This document shows positions 17,677 through 26,500 of a DNA stretch of 64,000 bases, piece after piece. Made by a program: the position numbers and the translations under genes. Within the stretch, counting starts at the first letter, position 1; every line of letters begins with the position of its first letter. Location of the stretch: assembly GCA_035420085.1 (NCBI GenBank), contig DAOLUH010000022.1, forward strand, positions 7,930 through 71,929, written 5' to 3'. The notes under the pieces are model-generated. The model was not told the origin of the DNA. It saw nothing but the letters and a program-made list of their open reading frames with translations, and made no database searches. This stretch comes from Anaerolineae bacterium (GTDB lineage: Bacteria > Chloroflexota > Anaerolineae > B4-G1 > SLSP01).

Positions 17677-19213
17677 CCCACTCCACCGGAACGACGATGC
17701 GCGTATCGAGGCCCCAGATGCGGGTGACGAGGGTCACCGCTTCCGGCGTCCCCGGCGCGACAGCGCGCAATGCAGTCAACGGCACGCGCACAACGACGGG
17801 CTGCGCCAATTCGGTCGTCTGCGCCGGCAAGGCAATACCCTCAGCAGCGCCGCGTAGATAAGCGCGCTCCGCCTCCGTCACCCACGCGGCGTCGAGCGGC
17901 AATTCGGCGCGATCTCCGATCGCCAGTCCGAGCACTTCTACGGGAAAAGGCATAACGTTGGTGAGCGTAAGCTGCCACCCGTCCTCGACTTCCACAAGGG
18001 CGGCGCTAATCGTCCGCGACGGCGCGACCAACGCCCGCATCCGCGCCTGATGTTCGAGCAGTTCATCCAGACGCGCGCCGGCAATTGCTTCGTCCTCGCG
18101 CCATGCTTCGCTATCGCGCACCGCCGCTAAAAACTCCGGCTGGCTATACGCCGCCAGCGCCTGGACATACGCGCTTTGTAGCGCCGGGTGATTGGTGAAC
18201 GCGGAGGGCAGCGGCAGCGCAGCGCCAGGCAATGGGGCGGTTCCAAGCGGCGTGAAGCGCCGCGTCGTCGGATTGTAGAGCAAATACAGCGACCGCCAAT
18301 CCAGCGCGAAGTCGCCGCGCCAAAGCATCGTCAGCGCCATAAAGTCGGCCAGAGGTTGCGGCTCGAAGGCGACGGATGGCGCATACGTCCCCTGCTCCAC
18401 TCCGCGCAGGATGCGCGTTACGTCCGCGCGCAGCGCCGCGAGCGCCGGATCGCGTGCATTGCCAGTCGCGTTGGCAACGACGATCCGGGCATAAGCAAAG
18501 CTGTCATACGACACGACCGGTTGAGTCTCAAGATACGCGCGCCGGTCGAAATAAACCAGGGCGTGGTCGGGGAACGCCGCCAGCGCGCTGAGGGGCGTTT
18601 CTTCCATCACATACAGGCCCCAGTTCGCGCCATTGACCGTGAGCCGCACAACCTGGGAGGCCGTTGTCGGGAGGCCGCGCGCGCGCAGCGCCGCCCGGTA
18701 AGACTGGCTGAGCAACGTGCGCTGCCACGGCAAGGCGTCGTTCACGGGCCACAACGTCGCCTGGCGCATGTCATACAGCGTCTTCCCATCGCGGAGAGTC
18801 ACGACGAAAGGCCAACGGTCGCCCGTCAGCGCCGCCGCCTCGATCTCCGGCAGCGACAGATCGGTATCCACGGTTTTGTTGTCGAGGGTCAACGTTGCGG
18901 GGACAACCTCGCCATCTTCCGCCAGGTACGCGCCAAATTCCAACGCGCGCGCCCGGAGAGCCGTCAACTGCTGGAAGTTGGCAAGTTTGAGGTCAAGGTA
19001 CAACGCAGGGAAATCGGCGCGCGCTGTCCACGCTGCAAGCGTACCGCGCGGGTCGCGCCAGAAGGCCGCCGCCGATGTTCCAAGTCGCCGAAGCCATCCA
19101 CCGTTTCCCGCCAGCCAGCCCACCCCCAAAACCAGGAGCAACGCCAGCGTCCACAGCCAACGTTCGGCGTGCAAAGCGGCGCGCCCCTGCTGCCGCAACT
19201 TTGTGATGCGCAC
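17666..19213 (-). CDS. Membrane-anchored CotH kinase-family protein (CotH-1)
   Basis: TM anchor WLWTLALLLVLGVGWLAG. CotH core LTVNGANWGLYVMEE. Its start abuts the DUF4956 stop (19214/19213). Confidence 0.75.
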   Translation of the reverse strand: MRITKLRQQGRAALHAERWLWTLALLLVLGVGWLAGNGGWLRRLGTSAAAFWRDPRGTLAAWTARADFPALYLDLKLANFQQLTALRARALEFGAYLAEDGEVVPATLTLDNKTVDTDLSLPEIEAAALTGDRWPFVVTLRDGKTLYDMRQATLWPVNDALPWQRTLLSQSYRAALRARGLPTTASQVVRLTVNGANWGLYVMEETPLSALAAFPDHALVYFDRRAYLETQPVVSYDSFAYARIVVANATGNARDPALAALRADVTRILRGVEQGTYAPSVAFEPQPLADFMALTMLWRGDFALDWRSLYLLYNPTTRRFTPLGTAPLPGAALPLPSAFTNHPALQSAYVQALAAYSQPEFLAAVRDSEAWREDEAIAGARLDELLEHQARMRALVAPSRTISAALVEVEDGWQLTLTNVMPFPVEVLGLAIGDRAELPLDAAWVTEAERAYLRGAAEGIALPAQTTELAQPVVVRVPLTALRAVAPGTPEAVTLVTRIWGLDTRIVVPVEWGSE

Positions 19214-19879
19214 TCAGCCTCCCAATACTTGTTCCGGCTGCAAGAAGCTGATTTCGGTGACAGGGAACCGCGCCTTGAGCGCATCCACGAGACCGTTGAG
19301 CGTGTGGGGATCGCCACAATCAATGAAGTATGTCAACTGCAAAGCGCCATCGCGGCTATCCAGGCGGCGAAAATCCACCGCCTCCACGTGTTCCAGCAAA
19401 CAGGCGTTGACCTGCTCGAACAACGATGGGCCGGTCTCTTCAACAAAGACATTCAGGTAGAGGTTACTGTCACGGCGGCGACGGTTCAGCAACAGCCGAA
19501 TGGACATATACCCCAACAGCAACGCCACGCCGATAAACGTCGGCCAACGCTGCTCGGCGCCCATTCCCAGGCCAATCGCCAGGGCGATGAACAAGAACAG
19601 CAGCTCTTCCTGCTCCTTGACGGCGGTGCGAAAGCGCACGATGGACAGCGCGCCGACCATCCCCAACGACAGCGCCAACGATGACTTGATAATCGTGATC
19701 ACCAGCGTTGTCGTGAGCGTCAACACAGGCAGCAGATAGGCGAATTTGCGCCGGTTGGCAAGCGATTGCCCATAGTGTTCATAGTACCAGGCGACGCACA
19801 GACTCAAAACCAGTCCTAAAACCATGTTGAGCGCCACCGATGCAACCGACAGTACAGGGGGTGCAATCCAATCTCCCAT
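19214..19879 (-). CDS. DUF4956-family small polytopic membrane protein
   Basis: 221 aa, 3-4 TM helices. GALSIVRFRTAVKEQEELLFLFIALAIGLGMG matches my memory of the DUF4956 signature. Confidence 0.7.
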   Translation of the reverse strand: MGDWIAPPVLSVASVALNMVLGLVLSLCVAWYYEHYGQSLANRRKFAYLLPVLTLTTTLVITIIKSSLALSLGMVGALSIVRFRTAVKEQEELLFLFIALAIGLGMGAEQRWPTFIGVALLLGYMSIRLLLNRRRRDSNLYLNVFVEETGPSLFEQVNACLLEHVEAVDFRRLDSRDGALQLTYFIDCGDPHTLNGLVDALKARFPVTEISFLQPEQVLGG

Positions 19880-19923
19880 AAATCTCCTAATCGTCCTGAG
19901 TCAAATAGTCTGACAGTCTCAAC

Positions 19924-20445
19924 TTAGAAGCGCAATTGTAATCCAGCCTGCTCCAATTGCAACAGCGCCGCTTTGCGATCTACGCCCCCCGCGTAACCGG
20001 TGAGCGTACCGTTCCGCCCCACCACCCGGTGACAAGGGACGATAATCGCTACCGGGTTCGCGCCGTTCGCCTGCCCCACTGCCTGGAACGCGCGCGGGTG
20101 TTCGACTTCCATCGCAATCTCGCCGTAGGTCAGGGTGGCGCCATAGGGGATGGTCAGCAGTTCTGCCCACACGGCGCGCTGGAAGGGCGTACCGCGCAGG
20201 TCGAGGGGCACGGCGAATTCGCGTAAGCGGCGGTCAAAGTAATCCGCCAGTTGCGCGACGGCGGCTTCCAACAGCGGGTTGCTCCCTGGCTCCGGCGCGG
20301 CAATGCCGTAACGCGCCATACGGCGCACTTCCGCCGCGCTCGGCTGCTCGCCAAACCCCAAACCGCAGACGCCGGCTGCGGTGGCGCATATCCACAGCGG
20401 GCCGAGTGGACTCGACGTTAGCACATAGTCACAATGTTCCATCAT
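19924..20445 (-). CDS. ogt: Methylated-DNA--protein-cysteine methyltransferase
   Basis: Active-site IVPCHRVV. 173 aa. Confidence 0.9.
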   Translation of the reverse strand: MMEHCDYVLTSSPLGPLWICATAAGVCGLGFGEQPSAAEVRRMARYGIAAPEPGSNPLLEAAVAQLADYFDRRLREFAVPLDLRGTPFQRAVWAELLTIPYGATLTYGEIAMEVEHPRAFQAVGQANGANPVAIIVPCHRVVGRNGTLTGYAGGVDRKAALLQLEQAGLQLRF

Positions 20446-20473
20446 TCACCTCCACGCTGATCGCCACATACAC

Positions 20474-20491
20474 GCGGGCGTGACCGCCCGC
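20474..20491 (-). terminator. GC hairpin GCGGGCG-TGAC-CGCCCGC between the metalloprotease-like gene and ogt
   Basis: Perfect 7-bp stem. No U-tract, so the terminator role is uncertain. Confidence 0.3.
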
Positions 20492-20499
20492 GCTACGGG

Positions 20500-22245
20500 T
20501 CAGTGGCTCAATGACAACACCGTTAGCGTCCACGTGGTCTCCGACTGCGCCGCCGCCAGCACACGCTGCGTGGGCCACGCAGCGTACTCCAGCGCATCAA
20601 CTTGATAGCTGCCGTCGAGACGCGCGGTCAGACGGTACGGTTCGTACCCCTGCGCCAACGCCGCCGCGACAATGGCGCGCACATCAGCGGCTAACCCGGT
20701 TGCGGGGAAACCGCCGCCAAGCACATCGTCAACAGCCGACAGCAGATTGTCGGCCAACGCGGTATCCTCGCGCGCCAAAGCCTCGCGCGCCATCACCAGC
20801 AGCAGCTCCAACGCCACAGGCTCAGCCTCGCGTGGACGGCGCACAAAATCCGCCGTGATATGCATGGATGCGCCCGCCTGCGGGTCAAACAGAATCCCTT
20901 CCAGGAAATGCGCGCTGAAATCGTAGGCGCGTTGGTAAGCGCGCAATGTTTCCATCAGATGCACTTCCGTCTCCAATGCCGCCGTAGCGGCAGATGTGAC
21001 CGGCTGCGCCGCCAACCACGCTTCCCAGTGCGTCTGAAATACCGACAGGCGCGCCTCGCCAATAGCCTGTAATCCGGCATCGAGCAGCGTCGCGTCGTCG
21101 GGAGTGGTTTCATTCCACGCCGCGGCCTGACAGAACGTCGTCAAGCCATCCCACCCATAGTTGTCCACGAGATAGGTCACGAAAGCGCCAGCTTCCATAT
21201 AACTGACCTCGTGCTGCTGCGCATAGAAGTTATCCGCCAGCCGCGCCAGCGGGATGTAATGCTCAGAGGCGTAAATCACCGCCGCCCCCTGGACGATGGA
21301 TTTGAGCGCATAATGCCCGCCGGCGACGTAGACCGCCAACCCCTCGCGTACTAAAGACGGCGCAAGAGCGCAGCCCACTGACGCATCCAGACGGTGCGTC
21401 AGCTCATGCCGCAGCACCATACCCAGGCTGACCGGGGTGTACTGGCGGTCTGTATAGGAGACGGCGACCCATGCTGACGAAGCGTACCCGCCCTGCCCAA
21501 TCACCCGGTCTAAAAGGTAAATATCGAGCAGCGAGTCCGTCGGGCCGAACAGCGCCGTAACATCCGCATAAGCATCCGCTGCTTCTATCGTGATGGCGGG
21601 TAAATCACGCTCCGCCGCTGAATGGGTGAGATAGTGCAACCGAAAACCAGACAGTTCTGTGGACGTCCAGCGCGCTTCTGGCTCCGGTTCACGCATATCC
21701 GCGATGGGCAGTGGGGTGACGGCGACAAACAGGGTGTTGTCCGTCAGATCGGGGTCGTCAAAACCAGGCGGCAGCGCCAACGTGAAGGTGAATGGGACGG
21801 TCTCCATCGTCGAGGGAATTTGCCACGCCCAGTAAAACCGCGCCTGTAACGCGTTATTCAATCCGACATAGTCAACCAGCGTCGTCAATGTCGTGTCGGG
21901 ATTCAAGGTCCACGTGAGCGTCAGCGGGCCGGTAACGTCGTCCGGCAGACGGGGATCAATGTCAACACTGACCCAATCGCCGGCATACAACGGCCACGGG
22001 AAAAAGTGAACGCCATCCAGCTCCAACCCTGGGCCGGAGGGCGTTGCCGTCGGCGCGGGTGTCGGCGTTGGGGATGGAGATGGCGAAGCAGGTATGGATG
22101 TCGCCGTCGGCGTAACAACCACAGACGGAGTAAGGGACGGCGTCACCGCTGCCGTCTCCACCGTCGGGGGTAGCGTGGTGGGAGGGATCACAAGGTTGCA
22201 CGCCAGACTCAACGCTGCGATAAGCACGCACCAGAAACGTTTCAT
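20500..22245 (-). CDS. Secreted/lipoprotein HExxH metallopeptidase-like protein
   Basis: Signal/lipobox MKRFWCVLIAALSLAC, a PT-rich linker and an HELTH motif (RHELTHRLD). Confidence 0.55.
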   Translation of the reverse strand: MKRFWCVLIAALSLACNLVIPPTTLPPTVETAAVTPSLTPSVVVTPTATSIPASPSPSPTPTPAPTATPSGPGLELDGVHFFPWPLYAGDWVSVDIDPRLPDDVTGPLTLTWTLNPDTTLTTLVDYVGLNNALQARFYWAWQIPSTMETVPFTFTLALPPGFDDPDLTDNTLFVAVTPLPIADMREPEPEARWTSTELSGFRLHYLTHSAAERDLPAITIEAADAYADVTALFGPTDSLLDIYLLDRVIGQGGYASSAWVAVSYTDRQYTPVSLGMVLRHELTHRLDASVGCALAPSLVREGLAVYVAGGHYALKSIVQGAAVIYASEHYIPLARLADNFYAQQHEVSYMEAGAFVTYLVDNYGWDGLTTFCQAAAWNETTPDDATLLDAGLQAIGEARLSVFQTHWEAWLAAQPVTSAATAALETEVHLMETLRAYQRAYDFSAHFLEGILFDPQAGASMHITADFVRRPREAEPVALELLLVMAREALAREDTALADNLLSAVDDVLGGGFPATGLAADVRAIVAAALAQGYEPYRLTARLDGSYQVDALEYAAWPTQRVLAAAQSETTWTLTVLSLSH

Positions 22246-22291
22246 GCCCCGATTGTAACAGGATTCACCCGCGACACAATCACCCTATAGT

Positions 22292-23083
22292 TCACCTGCC
22301 TACACCGCGCTGCCGCGCCGCCTCAAAGAGCACAATGGCCGACGCCAGCGCGGCATTGAGCGAATCCACGCCGCGCGCCATTGGGATGACGACGCGCCGA
22401 TCAGCAGCAAGCGCGCGACCTTCTGGGCCAGCGCCTTCCGCCTCCCCGCCGACGATGAGCGCGACGCGACCGCGCCAGTCCACAGCATCGTAGGGCGTCC
22501 CCTGCCCCGCTTCCGCCAGCCAGACAGCGGCCTCGGCGACGAGGGCGCGTATCTCATCCCAAGCGGCGCGACGCAACGGCAGATGAAAGTGCGCCCCCAT
22601 ACCGGCGCGCACTACCTTCGGACTCGTGTAATCCACGGCGCCAGGCGGCAGGAGGACTTGCGAGACGCCCGCTGCCCACGCCGCGCGCAGCATTGTGCCC
22701 AGATTGCCGGGGTCGCGGACGTTGTCGGGGATTAAAATCAACGGGGCGTCTTCACTACAGCGTAGATCGGGGATTGGCATAACCAGGAGAATCCCTTGAG
22801 GCGTCTCAGTATCAGAGAGCGCCTGCATCACCTCAGGGGCCACTTCCCAGGCTGATATGGACCGCGTTGTACAGGCATCAACCAGCGATTGCCCCAATGC
22901 GCCGGCGGCGAACGTTGCGGTGTAAAAGGCTTCGTGGATGGGCAGTCCCGCGCCGAGCGCTTCCTGCGCCAAACGCAAGCCCTCGACCACCAGCAGGCCC
23001 TCATGATAGCGGCGGCGAGTGCTACGCTCAAGCGCCTGCACTCGCCGCACACGTTCGTTGTTCAGACTGACGATCCTACCCAC
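22292..23083 (-). CDS. TrmH/SpoU-family RNA 2'-O-methyltransferase (RlmB-like)
   Basis: 263 aa. N-terminal substrate-binding domain plus SpoU motifs (PGNLGTMLR, LIVGGEAEG, SLNAALA). Confidence 0.85.
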   Translation of the reverse strand: MGRIVSLNNERVRRVQALERSTRRRYHEGLLVVEGLRLAQEALGAGLPIHEAFYTATFAAGALGQSLVDACTTRSISAWEVAPEVMQALSDTETPQGILLVMPIPDLRCSEDAPLILIPDNVRDPGNLGTMLRAAWAAGVSQVLLPPGAVDYTSPKVVRAGMGAHFHLPLRRAAWDEIRALVAEAAVWLAEAGQGTPYDAVDWRGRVALIVGGEAEGAGPEGRALAADRRVVIPMARGVDSLNAALASAIVLFEAARQRGVGR

Positions 23084-23142
23084 CGGCTGCTTCTATGTCG
23101 AGAAACACCGCGCAATCCGGGGCGAATGTTTCTCCAACTCGC

Positions 23143-23850
23143 CTACGGAATGCGGATGACCTGGCCAACGTAGATCAACGAAGGGTTAGCGATGCCGTTG
23201 TATTTGGCAAGATAATACTGGCTGTAGTTGTACTTCAACGCGATGCGGAACAGGTTCTCGCCGGGTTGGACAACGTGAGTTCGCTCGCCGCCGCTCGGCG
23301 GGGCGGGGGTCGTCGGCGGCGTGGGCGGCGTGCCGCCAGATGCGCCAGGGATCGTCAGCACTTGCCCAACGTAGATCAGCGTGGCGTTGGTGATCCCGTT
23401 GGCCTTAGCAATGGCTTCTACCGTCGTGCCGTACCGCAGCGCAATACGGAAGAGGTTCTCGCCGGCCTGCACCACGTGCTTACCCGGCACGCCGGTAATG
23501 GCAGGTTCCGTCGTCGCTGCCACCGTCGCTTCAACGGCAACCGTCGTCGCTTCAACAGCAACCGTCGTCGCTTCCGTTGTAGCCGCCGCCGGCGTCGCCG
23601 CCTCGGTCGCAGCAGGCGCTGCTTCGGTGGCTGCCGGGGCCTCGGCTGTGGGAGCGGTGGTCGCCTCCACAGTGGCGGCTACGGTTGCCATCGCGGTGGT
23701 ATTGGCTTCAGCCTCTTTCATCTGGGCGGCAGCTTCATCTTCAGCCTGGATATCTTCGAGCTTAGGGGTGGCGGATTTCTTACAGCCAGCCAACGTCAAC
23801 GCGAGCACCACAAGAACAGTCAAAATCACGAACATAGCTTTGCGACTCAT
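23143..23850 (-). CDS. LysM-domain lipoprotein (two LysM repeats)
   Basis: Start at MSRKAMFVILTVLVVLALTLAGC with a GGAG RBS. Two HVVQxGENLFRIAL..YVGQV..IP LysM units. Confidence 0.85.
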   Translation of the reverse strand: MSRKAMFVILTVLVVLALTLAGCKKSATPKLEDIQAEDEAAAQMKEAEANTTAMATVAATVEATTAPTAEAPAATEAAPAATEAATPAAATTEATTVAVEATTVAVEATVAATTEPAITGVPGKHVVQAGENLFRIALRYGTTVEAIAKANGITNATLIYVGQVLTIPGASGGTPPTPPTTPAPPSGGERTHVVQPGENLFRIALKYNYSQYYLAKYNGIANPSLIYVGQVIRIP

Positions 23851-23969
23851 ACGAACTCTCCTTTCTTCTGGATTCATAGTTATTATACACACAAACACAA
23901 TTTGCAACAAGGTTTTGCTATCTTTATGAAGAATTATACTATAAAAATCGCAATAAGGGAAAGTTTTCC

Positions 23970-23997
23970 TTGACGATAATCGCAGCAGGGTTATAAT
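23970..23997 (+). promoter_or_regulatory. Sigma70-type promoter for efp: TTGACG, 16 nt, TATAAT
   Basis: -35 at 23970-23975 and -10 at 23992-23997. ATG at 24030 preceded by GGAGG. Confidence 0.5.
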
Positions 23998-24029
23998 GCA
24001 ACGTGGATAGTCTGCATGGAGGAAACAGT

Positions 24030-24587
24030 ATGATTGATGCCAATGAACTTCGCAAAGGAACAACTTTTATTTTAGACGGTGAACTTTACCAGGTTTTGGA
24101 GTACCAACACTATAAACCCGGACGGGGCAACGCCATTATCCGCACCAAGATTCGCAACTTGCGCACCGGCGCCTCAATCCCGCGCAACTTCCTGTCGGGA
24201 GATCGCTTCGAGGAAGCGCCAGTGGAACGCCGTGCGGCGCAATATCTGTACGAAGATGGCGAGGCTTTCTATTTTATGGATGCCCATACCTACGATCAGG
24301 TTCACGTGACCGCCGATATGATCGGCGACAAAGCCGGATTCTTGAAAGAGGGTATGGAAGTCACCCTGACCGTTTTGGAGAACGAGGTGCTTGATGCAGA
24401 CCTCCCGACTTCGGTGGAACTCGAAGTGGTCGAGTCTGAGATGGCCGTGGCCGGGGATACGGCTACCGGCGCGAGCAAAATCGTCGTCTGCGACACTGGC
24501 TTGAAAGTCCAGGTGCCCTTGTTCGTCAATGTCGGCGATACCATCCGCGTTGACACCCGCAGCGGAGAGTACCTGACCCGCGTATAA
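24030..24587 (+). CDS. efp: Elongation factor P
   Basis: MIDANELRKGTTFILDGELYQVLEYQHYKPGRGNAIIRTKIRNL. 185 aa. Confidence 0.95.
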   Translation: MIDANELRKGTTFILDGELYQVLEYQHYKPGRGNAIIRTKIRNLRTGASIPRNFLSGDRFEEAPVERRAAQYLYEDGEAFYFMDAHTYDQVHVTADMIGDKAGFLKEGMEVTLTVLENEVLDADLPTSVELEVVESEMAVAGDTATGASKIVVCDTGLKVQVPLFVNVGDTIRVDTRSGEYLTRV

Positions 24588-24676
24588 CCCGTCGTAGAGG
24601 GTTCATTCAGCAATCCACGGGAAGGTTGTACGGCCCCTGCACAACCCTCGCCAGGTCTACTGAACAAATGATCATC

Positions 24677-24712
24677 GTGCGGTACGCTCCCGGGCGTGCC
24701 GCACTCGTTTTA
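24677..24712 (+). terminator. Candidate intrinsic terminator after efp
   Basis: GTGCGGTACGC-TCCCGG-GCGTGCCGCAC stem with one mismatch, followed by TCGTTTTAT. Confidence 0.45.
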
Positions 24713-24722
24713 TAAAGACTGA

Positions 24723-24799
24723 AACGTAAAACGTAAAACGTAATGCGCGAAGAATCTCTTACGTTTTACGCTTTACATTTTACGCCTTACGCTTTACGT
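24723..24799. repeat. Eleven phased heptamers forming a hairpin: AACGTAA x3, spacer, then CTTACGT/TTTACGC/TTTACAT/TTTACGC/CTTACGC/TTTACGT
   Basis: Read directly. The arms are reverse complements. Confidence 0.85.
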
Positions 24800-24806
24800 T
24801 TAAGAG

Positions 24807-26498
24807 ATGATGATGGTGGATTTCAGTCCTTATGCAGGACGCTGGGTGGCGTTGACGGAAGCCAAAACGGTCGCCGGCGTCGGGATGACGCCCGAAGCGG
24901 CGCGCTACGCTGCCCGCGCGGCGCGTCCGAAAGAGCGATTGCGGCTCGCTTGGATCGCGCCGCATCCACCGTACATTCCCCTGCCGGAGTGGCCATTAGC
25001 GCCACTCAAGGCGATCCTCCCTACAGAAGGGATCTGGTTGGCAGGCGGACCGGTGCGCGATTTGTTGTTAGGGCGCGACCTTCACGATTGGGATTTCGCC
25101 GTCGTAGAGAACGGGTGTGGGCTGGCGCGCAGGGTTGCCAACGCGCTAAAGGCCGCCTATTATCCGCTGGATGAGGAACGAGACACCGGGCGCGTCGTCG
25201 TGACCGATCCGGCTACCCACAACCCGGTCACACTGGATTTCGCCTCGTTGCGCGGCGCGACGCTGGAGGAGGACCTGCGGCGGCGCGACTTCACCATCAA
25301 CGCGATGGCGCTCACCCTTGACGGCGCGCTCATTGACCCGACCCACGGACAGACCGACCTCGACGCCGGCCTCATCCGTATGACCGGGCCAGCCAGCTTC
25401 AAAGATGACCCGGCGCGATTGCTGCGCGCCGTGCGCCAGGCGAATACTTTGCACTTCCGCCTCGATCCACGAACCGAGATGGCGATTCGCGCGCAGGCGC
25501 TCTCCATCACCACCGTCGCCCCTGAGCGCATCCGCGCCGAGTTGCTCCAAATCCTGCACGACGTTTCGGCGGCTTATAGCCTGCAAGCTCTGGCCAACGT
25601 AGGACTGTTGAGCCACATTCTGCCGGAAATTCAGGCGCTGCAAGCGGTCCAGCAATCTCAGCCCCATCACTACGCGGATGCCCGCGTCCACACCCTGGCC
25701 GCCATTGCCGCAGTAGAAGGAATACTGGCCCTCCTCAAGGGCGAGCCGCGTCCCTCGTCAACCGACAACTATGCGCCGGTTCCCTCCTGGGCGTGGCCTA
25801 TGCTCGCCGATGTCTTGCTTCCGTTTCAGTCGCCACTCCTGAAATACCTGGAAACACCCGTCAACGCGGACATGCCGCGCGCGGATCTCCTCAAGTGGGG
25901 CGCGCTGTTCCATGACGTGGGCAAGGCCGCCACTCGCACCGTGGATGACGACGGGCGCAGCCATTTCTACGGCCATGCCGAAGCCGGTGCGGCATCAGCG
26001 GAAGCGCGGTTGGAGGCGCTGCGCTTTCCAGGAAAGGCTATTGCGTTCATCAACATCCTGGTGGCAGAACATATGCGGCTGGCCGGCGCCGACAAATCCG
26101 CGCCGACGCGGCGCGCCGCCTACCGCTTCTACCGCGCCACGGGGGAGGTTGGGGTGAGTGTTGTGCTGTTGGCACTGGCCGATGCGCTGGCGGTATGGGG
26201 ACGCGGACTGCCCCAAAATCGCTGGCGCGCACTGCTACAGCACGCCAACGTGTTGCTGAAATCGTACTTCGAGCAGCCAACCGAGATCATCGCGCCGCCG
26301 CCTCTCCTCAACGGGCACGATCTGATCGCGTTGGGCATCCGGCAAGGGCCGCAGATTGGACATATCCTGGAAGCTCTGCGCGAGGCCCAAGCCGTGGGCG
26401 AGATCAACACCAGAGAAGCCGCCGAGGCTTTCGTCAACACAATTCTGGTGGAAGGAGTCTCCATGCGGGATTCCACGTCAACGAGGACCAAAATTTAG
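24807..26498 (+). CDS. cca: CCA-adding tRNA nucleotidyltransferase / poly(A) polymerase family with HD domain and ~70-aa N-terminal extension
   Basis: GGPVRDLLLGRDLHDWDFAV, RRDFTINAM, HD-domain HDVGK. Confidence 0.8.
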   Translation: MMMVDFSPYAGRWVALTEAKTVAGVGMTPEAARYAARAARPKERLRLAWIAPHPPYIPLPEWPLAPLKAILPTEGIWLAGGPVRDLLLGRDLHDWDFAVVENGCGLARRVANALKAAYYPLDEERDTGRVVVTDPATHNPVTLDFASLRGATLEEDLRRRDFTINAMALTLDGALIDPTHGQTDLDAGLIRMTGPASFKDDPARLLRAVRQANTLHFRLDPRTEMAIRAQALSITTVAPERIRAELLQILHDVSAAYSLQALANVGLLSHILPEIQALQAVQQSQPHHYADARVHTLAAIAAVEGILALLKGEPRPSSTDNYAPVPSWAWPMLADVLLPFQSPLLKYLETPVNADMPRADLLKWGALFHDVGKAATRTVDDDGRSHFYGHAEAGAASAEARLEALRFPGKAIAFINILVAEHMRLAGADKSAPTRRAAYRFYRATGEVGVSVVLLALADALAVWGRGLPQNRWRALLQHANVLLKSYFEQPTEIIAPPPLLNGHDLIALGIRQGPQIGHILEALREAQAVGEINTREAAEAFVNTILVEGVSMRDSTSTRTKI

Positions 26499-26500
26499 GC

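Noticed and set aside
18188-19684. 498-aa + strand ORF across CotH-1 and DUF4956
   Set aside because: Extremely Arg/Gln-rich with no motifs. The minus-strand genes have recognisable CotH and DUF4956 signatures and operon-style junctions.
23095-23973. 292-aa + strand ORF opposite the LysM gene
   Set aside because: Arg/Gly low-complexity translation. The minus strand encodes two clean LysM repeats with a lipobox and an RBS.
24743-25174. 143-aa ORF starting inside the heptamer hairpin
   Set aside because: Its N-terminus is just translated repeat (LTFYALHFTPYALRL) and the rest is the off-frame of cca. cca at 24807 has clear nucleotidyltransferase motifs.
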